A stretch of DNA of 64,000 bases from Phoronis australis (taxonomy: Eukaryota > Animalia > Phoronida): the NCBI GenBank assembly GCA_002633005.1, contig NMRA01000185.1, positions 138,402 to 202,401 on the forward strand. Reading direction: 5' to 3'. Below are positions 13,375-23,761 of the stretch, one piece after another (the first letter of the stretch is position 1; each line of letters opens with the position of its first letter). The translations under genes were made by a program, and so were the position numbers. Below the pieces are notes generated by a model. The model was not told the DNA's origin. It did not search any database and was given only the letters and a program-made list of their open reading frames with translations.

Positions 13375-15120
13375 TAGAAAGAACTACTTCTTCATGCTAT
13401 TCAGATCTTAATTCCTCGAATTGAAACCAGTGATCGGCATCTGTTTTAGGTTACGATCAAATTCAGCAGCCAGGTGCTGAAGGAAGTGACTAGGAGGTTT
13501 ATATTTCGGTGCACCGTCTTCCTCCGCGTCATCAACCCCATCGCTGTCTGCCACATACCCCCGAACCACATGCCTGGTCACTAATAGCGACAAGATATTG
13601 ATTCATTTTCTGACAACTTCTGTGGGGTCACCATTAGATTTTAAACACCCGTCGTCGTCACTCAGTAGCCACAGAACTGTTCATGTTGTGGTGTTCTCTC
13701 TCCCAGGTTAGTTTAGGTCCCCCAATTTTTTCCGATGCTTTCACGAATTTATCAAAGGCAGTCACTCTAAGGATTGCACCGATCCATTTCAAGAACGACA
13801 TATCCCTCTTTTTCCAATTTCTCGTAAATTGTGTAGAAAATATATCTGAAACTAAATAAGGCGATCCAGATCCTCCCAAGGATACTATTGTTTCATGAAA
13901 TGAAGAATATAAATCGGTAAATAAAACAACAAGAATGGATCAACTGAAATTTGAAATTTTCGGATGTAACAACTTCCTTTATCAACAAAAACAGAAATAA
14001 AGTAAAATCAAACACAAAATGACAACTGACATATAAGATATGATGTAATGAAAATGATACATTTTTGCGTAAAAAATTCAATGACATATTTNCTTCTGTG
14101 GGGTCACCATTAGATTTTAAACACCCGTCGTCGTTACTCAGTAGCCACAGAACTGTTCATGTTGTGGTGTTCTCTCTCCCAGGTTAGTTTAGGTCCCCCA
14201 ATTTTTTCCGATGCTTTCACGAATGTTTATTTATCAAAGGCAGTCACTCTAAGGATTGCACCGATCCATTTCAAGAACGACATATCCCTCTTTTTCCAAT
14301 TTCTCGTAAATTGTGAATGGTGTTGCATACGCGTTGCCAGGAAACACGTGTCTGACACTTCTATCGCGTGTCTGTTGGTCTCTAGCTACTTGGAACGCGG
14401 TGTTCCAAAAAAGAACTACAGAAGTTACATTACTAAAACCTACATTTGGTCTTGATGTAAAACTATACGAGAAATGGTCTTCGTATGAGTTGAGAAAAAG
14501 CTCGTTGTCAAAGTTGCGATGAGATCGACACCACAAGCGAGCAGTGATACCATCTTCGCTTTCTTCCATGAACTCTATCACGTAGATCCTGATTTGAAAC
14601 ACGGTTTGCATTTAAGGAATATCGACAAGGAAAACGCCTTGAAACTAGTTCGAAGCCCCTTCTGACGAAGATATTGGTCTTAGACTCTCTCTTAACCCCT
14701 CCGAGACCAAAGTTAATGAGCAGCACAATTCATCGTCGTGTCGCCCGTGGTGGTAGAGAAACGGGTGCGCCGATGACGTTTTCAATCGCGCAAGTGTCGC
14801 AAACGTTCAGGATTTCGTCCAGTTCCACAATCTACCTCGACGTGGGTCGTTATATTATCCCTTCAAGTACGTACTGGTCACCTAAGATGGAAAACAAAGT
14901 GTGCAGGACACCTCGTCTCACTACTATTGGTTGCTCCATGAAAGCGTTCGGAAGGAGTGAGCCGTTTTCTTGGTTTCTGAAAATAAAACTGTTGGAGAAA
15001 TTCAGTTTCAGAACTACTGTATGCTTCCTAAGAACCATTAGGATGACTTGACGAAGGTGTTCGAGGCTCAAACTCAGTAGCCGTAAGTTCTAAATATTTT
15101 GCAGTCTTAATTCTTCTCAC
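13375..15120 (-). pseudogene. Maverick/Polinton-type protein-primed DNA polymerase B, degenerate N-terminal/exonuclease half
   Basis: Minus-strand fragments in the expected order: VLKLNFSNSFIFRNQENG, LFLNSYEDHFSY, HVFPGNAYATPFTIYEKLEKEG, KLTWEREH..SSVA, QMPITGFNSRN*DLNSMKK (cf. ExoII-region LPVxGFNSxxYDLN). Stops and frameshifts throughout. Confidence 0.8.
13617..14315. repeat. Near-identical ~220-bp direct duplication (13617-13833 vs 14093-14315) across the N at 14092
   Basis: Copies differ by a SNP and a short indel; probably two haplotypes overlapping at a contig join. Confidence 0.85.
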
Positions 15121-17228
15121 GAGTGCCCTGCTGCTTATATACGACCAGTTGTGACGATAGACGGCACACAGAGCGGGATCCATGTATCCGGAGATTGTAG
15201 AAAATCTAGGGTAGGAAGTGACAAGAATAACACTAATTTTTTACCAAAGATACAAACTACGAACAGCCGACTCCCGTGTTTGAATACACAAAGACGAAGA
15301 AAGCAGACGTTCTCTCCGGAACGCCGAATCACGTGTAAGCTTCTCATTGGACGTTGCCATCAAGTTTTTATGGGAGACAACTTCAAAGCTCTACAACAGG
15401 ATGTCGGCTGACTTTCCCCGATCTCCGGCAACTAATGACGTTACTTTTAGGCGCTGAGGCAGATGAAGAGCTAACGACTACTTTTGGGGCCGGTATACTC
15501 GTTTCGACTTGATCGAAGCCTCGTGAGATTGCCTCTTCGCACGCATACTTTCCCCTGTGAACCCTTCCTCCATGTCGTTGTAGACTTCGGGACGTGTCGA
15601 AAGTTTTCTCTCTTCATACTACAACCGTATTTTTTCGTCGTTAAATCGGAAACTAAGCCTGTTTGAAGTTTAATTCTCTTGTTTGTTACTTCGTGGTACA
15701 GCGTTGATTGATTGTCTTATCCTGCACTTGAACCTAATTGTAGTTGTAGTAAGCCTAGCACTGTTGGGGATAGTGGTAGGAATATAGTGGTCGGCGTGGG
15801 TCCTTTTTCAAGGCTGTCTTGTTGGTTAGAAAATTCTAGCTTCGTTAAAATCCAAGATGAACAAGAGCATGAATACTACGCATTATTTATAAAGTGTTGT
15901 TATAGAAATAATGAGTAGGATATTTTATAGCTATAAGTGTAACAAATTAAACAAAATAAAGTCTGTAGACTCTAAGTATGTGGAAATTGAACACACGTCA
16001 ATGTTTTGGTGGTGTTCCAGTGAAACAAAGGACCCGGAAGTTTGCATTCGAACCTCTTCTTTGGGCGTTGTGAAAATCCTTCGTGTTGACTGGTCTCGGC
16101 TCTGTCAACCCCATTCTCAGATTCGGAAATGTGGCATGTTATGAATTTGTCCACCTGGTCCTGCAGTCGATTCTGGTGCGATGTATGCCAGTCCGAAGAG
16201 GTTGCACTACTTAATATGGGTGTTTTTATTTCGATGCCGTCAAAGAAGACTGACACGTATTGTTTGACAGACACTCCCTTGGCCGGCTCCAGGATGACGA
16301 AAACGTTCCGTGGGCTTCTTTGATTCTGTATAGCCGCTGACACGGTGAGGTTCTGACAGTATTCCACTCTTAATCTATCACTTAATTTCTTAATTCTTCC
16401 TTTGCTTGCATGCTCTTTATTACATCATACTTCCATCTTCTTTCCTCATGATGAACCTGGACTATGGCCTGCGCAATTACCAATTCCGCAAAGACGCCAA
16501 CGACTGTCTTCTCAATCGTGTCCTCCACAAATGCTTCTACTTCGTTTTTTAATTCGGAACCCTAATCAGGAGCTGGTGAATTTTAGCTAGCGAGCCGGGA
16601 TGTCTCGTAGACACCACTTCCTCTGGGGCTTCTGTAATTTAGTAACGCAGACACAGCGTCGTTCTGTGAATCTTTCGTTTCCGATTCATTTGTGCACTTG
16701 GTGCTTTTTTGCTTGCACTCTCTTGATCATTATGTTCCAGTCGCTACATATATATCTCTACCATGGCCTTCTCTATAGCGGTTTCCACAAATGTTTCCAC
16801 TGTGTCTTTTTTGTCTTTTTCCCCAAGCTCTGATCAGGGATTACTCCTTTTCCATACGTCGTTTGCTGCTGTGTCTTTTGTAACTGTTGCCACGCACACC
16901 GTCACCAAATGCACATTTCACCACGGCAGCCACCATTTCCACTACTGTTGAACTGGTTGAAATTCATTAAATTTCGTCTCTGAGCTCGTCCATCCTACTT
17001 TCCCCTTCGCTCTTGTAATCAAAGCGACGTCACAAACTATGACGTATGCAAAACATTAATCACGAAACGCTACACGTCATCCAATCTATACATATATATT
17101 CTTTCTTGAGATTTGTGTAATTAATCTTGAATTGAAGTTGCTATAAACAATAGCATTTCGTGAAAGAAATAACTTTTGACTAAGACCATTTACCGCTATA
17201 AAAGAGGTCTTTAACTTTTTCTTTTCTT

Positions 17229-17298
17229 CGTTGAGGGGTGATGTCTGGGCACGGATAGATCTGAATGTTCGTTAGCGCACACCCCCTCAACGTTTTTT
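17229..17298 (+). ncRNA. Candidate small Pol III hairpin RNA
   Basis: TATAAAA at 17197-17203; CGTTGAGGGG...CCCCTCAACG terminal stem (17229-17292); TTTTTT at 17293-17298. Confidence 0.35.
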
Positions 17299-17565
17299 GA
17301 ATCTGAACAAAAGTAACAAAAGGGCACTTTGCTCAAATAACATTATGCAGGGACATTGTCAGCCAAAAAGATTCCGTACAAATATCGGGTCTAGTAATTG
17401 CGGTGGCATAATTCTCGGGCGCAAATCAAATACGAATTATCAGCTGCGCACGTCTTAAACACTACGCACCGGTAAGCTGTCAAGTTCCCTGGAAAGCAAA
17501 AAAATAGTACTACGAGCAATGCTGGTCAGGTTGGAACATGCCCCTAGACCCTGCTACCACTCATG

Positions 17566-17630
17566 TAGTCTCCTGCACAGACCCACGACGTGACGTCAGC
17601 CTGAGCTTGTGAAGCCCGGGAACCAGGTTA
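17566..17630. mobile_element. 65-bp insertion (TAGTCTCC...CCAGGTTA) with a perfect 9-bp target-site duplication
   Basis: CCACTCATG at 17557-17565 and 17631-17639; imperfect TA-terminal inverted ends. Confidence 0.8.
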
Positions 17631-19076
17631 CCACTCATGCTATGTAATAGCATAGCTCATCGCTATTTGTCATTTTTGTGGTGTTCGCAATTGGTATGCT
17701 CGCATACGTTCTGTTAATGGAATCTGATGTTAATGTTCGAGGTGTTCATAGAACGTCATGTTAAGTTATGGCCGTAACTGGTATGAGGCGTGATCAAGCC
17801 ACGCACCATGCTTTCGAGAAGGAAAAGCATCTCTGACTTCACGAAGAGACACGGTCCAAAATCTGGCCCACTCCTGTGGGACTGTTGCATCTCAATGTGC
17901 TGTAAAACGTATTACGTGAGGGCCGACGACAGTAAGTCTCACTTCAGCTACAAAGATGAACAACAACAGAGAAACGAGATTGGTAAGAAGACGAAAGTGT
18001 TCGTAGACCACGAAGACTAACTCGGCCTGGAACAAAGATTTTCGACTAGGTGGCAATAATAACGCGTATACCCATGTGCAACAAAGATGTACATTCACAA
18101 ATTTTTACAAGAAGTGACTTTAGTGCTCGAAGACGGTGTCACCACTGGACCTTTGGACCTCTAATGAAATCTCGATAAATTGTACGGATGATGGTGTTTG
18201 TACGTCTTTATAATTGTAATGTGTTGGAATGTATTTTGTTGTAATTACACGTTTCAACAACAATAGGTTTCTTTTCCATTTTGGGTCTTCACAACATCTC
18301 CTTTTCATGGGTTAGACATACGCGACACCTCAGTGTTTGGCGTTAGCTTATCACGACGACACGTGGTGTTGGTGTACACTGACCTTTTTCCCCACTCTTG
18401 ATCAGTTGAACACAACAAGTTCATTTGAGCGTAATCAAAATAACTTCTTTTTAGTGTCAGAAATTTGTGTGGTGGACGGTGCCACGCCCTACATGCCCAG
18501 CGATGTCATCACGTGACTTCCTATTTGATTATGACTCTCGTTTTTTCTTACGTTACTTCCGGTTTGCGGAAGATTTCCCGTTACACGTATCACCGTTGAA
18601 ACTAAGGTAGGCCTACATTTCGAACTCAAAGGGATGCCGTCATCTCCTGGTCTATTTTGGTCTATTTGACAATGACCCTACTGTCCTTTTTACTTCTTTC
18701 CGGTTTTCCGATGACGCCGCTTCCGGAATCACCATTGACCTCTCATTTTTACCAATGTCATTTAACCGATGATCTTCTCAAAGATGTCGCCTAAACGACT
18801 TACTACATTATTCGCCCCCAGGTATTAGGGACACCCTCCCGGCAGAAGCCCGGGCCTGCATCGTTTTAAAGTGTACCTTCAAAGAATTACCTAGCTAACA
18901 ATCATTAAGTGAGCTTTTCCCGAACTGGACACTAATAAATTAAATGTTAATCTCATGCCTCATTTTCACTCTCCAAAATAGACCAAAACTATTACTGGGA
19001 TTTCCGAAACGTTGTTCGATTTTCTCATGTGCCGGCTAGAGCAGTATTTATGGATTTCTCAGCTCGCGCTGATTAA

Positions 19077-20732
19077 AGGAGAATGCCACCCAAAAAACAA
19101 CCTATTCTGTATCAATTTAGATCGAGTAGCTCCACTCGATAACGGCAGGTTCGGTTGCGTTACCTGACACCTGACGGCAGGCGGAGGTGTTGAAATTATC
19201 CAATGACGTAATTGGTTTCACACGCAGTCTGTTCAGCAGTTCACAACACGGATTAGTGGTGACAGCTTATCGCTTGAATTCATCTTTTAACACCAATTAA
19301 TCGTCAAAAATCGATGTAAAACCGTTAAAAAACACCGAGTTCTTGTAAAAACGTGTTGTTTTATTTCGCTGTCACGGATTTACTGGTATTTGGACACATC
19401 GTAGCCTACAAAGTTCGGCATGCCAATTTAGCAAGGTCCGTAGCAGGATTTTGGGGTCTGTTCGGAGATAAATTCGAAGTATTCTCCGTGAAATACAGAC
19501 AGGAGAACCTAGATCTGTGTAGTTAATACTTTGTGATTTTTTTAGTTCTAAACACACAAAACGCTTGTTATCCCGGTCAGTGGCTCGGAACCCGATCAGG
19601 CCCGTCGCGACAGCCGGGACTGGCACGAACATAAAGCAGCTTGAGTTGGAAACTAAACCTCCAGTCACAAAAAGACTATAATAGTGAGCCAAAGAAATAA
19701 TGTGCACGTAATTATATATGTGAATTAGCCATGAAACTGAAAATCTACTTACTTGTCGGGGGCCGCGAAGTAGGGTTCCCCTTCCACAGACCGTCATTGC
19801 AAAGGTTGTACAGTAACAATGTTTTGAATTATGTATTTATATTTCTAAATAAAGATTCCCCTAACATGTGACCATAGCATATAAAATCGAGTAATTCCTT
19901 CACAACAGCTTTCTGTCAGCGAACACTGAATTAGCATGCGCTCACACGGCCTCAGTGCCCGGACAATTACCTTTGCTGCCGGCATCAAAAGCCGGTAACG
20001 CAGTGGTTTATTCATTGCTGGCTTTTTAAAACATTTGCACTTACGAGCACTCCAAGGCAATACTAATACTGTATCTAATGAGACAGATTTTGATTCGAGG
20101 TTTCATATAAGCATTGGTTATGAGAATAATTCATTTCGAAACAAAACGCAGAATAGTAAACGTCTACACGGCAACTCGCCCGGCGCCAATCCTGACTTAG
20201 TCAAGAGCTCATCCGACGAAGACTACACGGATCGTTACTATAGGTTTCACAGGCTACCGGTTCGAACCGGAATACGAAATACTAGAGAGGCGCCGTGAAC
20301 ATGCACAGGCAACGAAGCGTATGGATAGTTCTTTGGTAAACCGGAATTCGTCAGAGAAATCCCTGTCGACGAAATGCCGGCCACAGACACGGAGATGTTT
20401 CACGGCCTCACTTGCTATTAACAGCGTACCTTTCATTCTTCACTACCGCGAGCCACTTCCTAAGCATTTCAGGCTCTCTAAGAAGTCGAAAAAGCCATTA
20501 ATACGCGCTTTCTTGGCAGCTTCATAGTTCGGACAAGCGGAAACCGATGCATCGCAACGTGGCGACATTCACTATGCAGACGAACCACTGACGTCGCAGC
20601 GTCGCTTCTCACCTTCCTCACAGGTTAACGCGACACCCCTCGGCAAGGTGAGGTCGACCGTATAAGAGGCGATGTGGATATAGACGGATTAAGACGGTAA
20701 AAAAGACTAACTAAATCGGGTGGCATTCTCCT
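19077..20732 (-). mobile_element. Non-autonomous Kolobok-like DNA transposon with a decayed THAP domain
   Basis: TTAA on both flanks; 15-bp TIR AGGAGAATGCCACCC / GGGTGGCATTCTCCT; frameshifted minus-strand THAP pieces C..CPN..FRL..EPEMLRKWL..HLRVCGRHF. Confidence 0.85.
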
Positions 20733-21695
20733 TTAAAGTTTGTCCGGTTACTTTTGTAGGCCTAACTCAAAATTAGGTCAACTCTCAACATTGAAATGTA
20801 TGGCAGCTTATAGCCCATTTCTACACGTATATACAGCTGTTCAGTTCCCGTGTGTCTAGGCTATCGTTTATTATCGAAGGAAAACTAACTTATCTTGGAA
20901 TTTTACAGAAGTCGGCAAATTATCAACAACATGCTACAAACTCCAAATCTGCGCGAAACAGAAAATGATACTAAAAATAATGGTTTCACACTTTGCCAGC
21001 AGGAGCACATGCAAGTGACATCTTGTGCCAAAGTATTGGTATATTTTAATTTGGCAAACAAAGGAACATAGTGCCCCATGACTCAAGGTGCCCCACTTTC
21101 TCCTACTCCCACTCCTCCCCTCCCAACTCCCAATTGTGGTTTTTGTTGTATTTTTGATACCATGCCTAAACCATCATTTACCTTGTTTTGAGAAGTGTCC
21201 AAATTGTCAGCATCATCAAACATTCCTTCATAGCTCTGCACATCACAACTGTGAACACAACATCCCGAAAACGTGAAAATAGAAGAAAAACAAAACTCTA
21301 GCTTCATGGACATGACTGTGACGTATGAACGTACCCAGCGCCTGTGGGTTATGTCCACCAATGGCTAGTTATTTCTTCAAACGTGTCTGCCATATCTGCG
21401 CTTTCCTGATGTCTGTGGGAAAATGAAAAGACCCGCAGCGTGCTCAAATACTAACTTAAAGGCCTTTGCCATTGCCTTTGAAGCTTCGGTGTTACAGAAG
21501 CTTTGGTCAGTGGAATTACTTAATTTTGGTCTTTTATCGAAGTCGTTAGCAGCTCTAGTTAACTCCGAAGTTAAGAGGTGGACGACCTTATTCATGCAGT
21601 CGCCATTTTAGTAGTAAGCCTCTGACGAGGCACACGCGTAAAAAAATCACGCTTTGCGCTGTATTTAAGCGCAAAATGCATTGTTTTTAAAACGT

Positions 21696-21800
21696 AAAAA
21701 GGGTAATTTCTCAAATATAAGCAGTAGCGCGAAATCGAACCCTCTAGCTCCACTGTTGCTACCACTGAAACGCTGTACCACTGAGCCAAATCGCGATAAA
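21696..21800 (-). ncRNA. Pol III internal-promoter element (tRNA-derived SINE head or vault-RNA-like)
   Basis: Box A TGGCTCAGTGG (21788-21778); box B GGTTCGATTTC (21741-21731); T5 at 21700-21696; no good cloverleaf. Confidence 0.4.
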
Positions 21801-23204
21801 CCTACAATAGTGAATGTCGATCACTCGGCTCCCAATCGTGGCAAGTACATGTTTTAAGACTTTTTCGTTTGCAATTTGTATGAATTTAACATGTTTTAAT
21901 ACCCTAATAGCTGATGAAATCATGTGCATCTGGGTCTTTTTGAACTATATCAGAGCTCCGTCTGTCGTGGCTGTTGAATTGTGGACAGTACCCTTGGCCA
22001 ATAGTAGACAATCTACGCTACTTCGTACTTGGTTAGGACTTAACGGAAGAGGCCGAGCTAGCAACCGTTATTGTTTTCAAATAATAAGACATTTCATAAC
22101 ATTGCTCCAGCTTGTAGCCTTTTCTCATGCGGGACATCTTGCGAATATCTAGGTGTATGCGTTTCCGAACTGAGAGAGCATAAGTTTTATTTTCTCAGGT
22201 TACATTCGGTGGGAAATTCCTGACAACTAATACGTATGCTATTTTTTTCTCTGTCAACAGTGTCTTTATATTCTTCTCAAAGGACAGCGATGAAATATTG
22301 TGTGCGATATACTGTCATCGTTATTGTAGGCTCATGTGCAACACTGAATTCAAACTTCTTGGAATGACAACAAAAACTATTTTCTTTATTTCTTTAATCA
22401 TTGTTTCAGATGCTATCTTATATAAATCTTGCGCCGATGGCACTTCAGTGCTCATTCAAAACCCTGCACTGTTGAACAAATCTCCTGTCTGGCTCTAGCC
22501 TAAGCATTCCAGCATGAAAATACGGCAATGGTTGAAACACCAGTTAGGAGATTATTTCCATCGTATTGGAAGTTCAGCAGTTATATTGTTTCTCGTTATC
22601 TATTACGCAAACAAAAATCAATCAAAATTCCACATGTTTCAGTTGCTTAAAATCAATTGCCGCCGCCGGCATAGCGGCGGGCGAATACCCGGCTCTAAGT
22701 GGGCCACTTTTCAAAATTTCGCCGCTGTTTAGTTGTCGACAATCGAAGCGCCTTTAGGGCTTATAAAACACTCGTTAATCTTGAATTTTAGTGAGCCGAC
22801 AACTCAGTCACAGACAATGTGTACAAGCGTCATTTTCGAATTCGCTGTCTGAAGGCGGACCACTGGCAGATCACCGCGGGCATCGTGACTTGAATAACGG
22901 CTACTCTAAGTCACTTTCTTGAGTCGCTGGTGGTTTAGATTTTCTGAATTGTTGGTAACGGAAATAGAATCCTGTCATTCATTGAATATTATGAGTCTGG
23001 TATTATGAGAACTAATGCTTCCGTTTTTAGTTTTTCTCGCTTGCCTGGCTGGCCCATGGTGTTCACAGGTTTCAAAAGATTGCATCGTCTGTTTTACTGA
23101 GGCCTACAATATCTTCCCTGTTGCGATCCTCCCTGTGCAATAAAGAATAGCGTTTTATTATATTTACAGTGAAATTTATCCTAGGCAACGCCGAGTAGGC
23201 CTAG

Positions 23205-23351
23205 TGGAGTAGGGGGGCCAGCTAGATGAGGGCAGAGTATTAGCCAGGATTGTGGCCGTCAGATATTTGAACTCCGGAAGTGCCAAATGGAATATGGGAG
23301 AATTTTAGGGGAGGGGGCGTGGCGCCGTAGTCCCCCTTAAATCCGCTAGTG
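23205..23351. mobile_element. Inverted, diverged copy of the 5832-5980 MITE, ~300 bp upstream of the TKT ATG
   Basis: Shares GGGGGGCCAG..GCAGAGTATTA.CCAG, CCGTCAGA, TGCCAAATGGAAT.TGGGAGAATTTTA and TAAATCCGC with the reverse complement of 5832-5980. Confidence 0.75.
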
Positions 23352-23439
23352 CTATATATACCCCTATAGTATACTAGTGAGTCTACCACTGGGTGCCACT
23401 GGCAGTAGTATGTTTGGCCGAGAGATGGCAGCACACCAG

Positions 23440-23661
23440 TGTGCCCAGGCGTGCGCTCAGTAATGCTGCGACCTAGCTAGAATCTATCCAAAGTCACCTG
23501 ATCTAACTTTAAATACACGACAATATCTCACGTAATCTCGCGAAGTTTTACTTTTTAGTGAGATCCTAGCGTTAATGAAGAGAGGCATATTTGTTCGTGA
23601 AATCGAAATTATCCCCCCCTGTCAATCATCTGCACGCTGCAAGCTTCGAGAAAGATGGCGG
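23440..23661 (+). promoter_or_regulatory. Likely TKT proximal promoter
   Basis: CpG-enriched; TCTCGCGA-like motif at ~23536; YY1-type AAGATGGCGG overlapping the start codon. Confidence 0.4.
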
Positions 23662-23761
23662 AGTATCACTGTCCAGATGCGAAGAAAGTTCAAGCGTTAA
23701 ATGATATTGCCAACAAGATACGAATACACAGCATAGAATCGACTACTGCTGCTGGATCTGG
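23655..23761 (+). CDS. TKT: TKT exon 1, [36 protein letters not shown]
   Basis: ATG at 23655; TCT GG|gtaagt. Confidence 0.93.

Larger units (their letters stand above)
13375..18810 (-). mobile_element. Probable Maverick/Polinton remnant: pPolB, compact intronless decayed ORFs and a TIR-like end
   Basis: pPolB remnant; closely packed decayed ORFs at 15972-16367, 16400-16995 and 18120-18320; ACTTCCGG/TGACG/TGACC-rich stretch at 18500-18760 ending near ACTAC (18802-18806). The right boundary is inferred. Confidence 0.55.

Noticed and set aside
13617-14315. Biological tandem duplication within pPolB
   Set aside because: The second copy begins exactly at an N; most likely an assembly overlap of haplotypes
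17229-17292. Box C/D snoRNA (GTGATGT...CTGA)
   Set aside because: Box C is imperfect, CTGA is not adjacent to the terminal stem, and the site is not intronic
21727-21797. Functional tRNA gene
   Set aside because: Acceptor, anticodon and T stems do not pair into a cloverleaf
22659-22683. GC-rich hairpin as a Helitron 3' end
   Set aside because: No CTRR terminus at the expected distance on either strand
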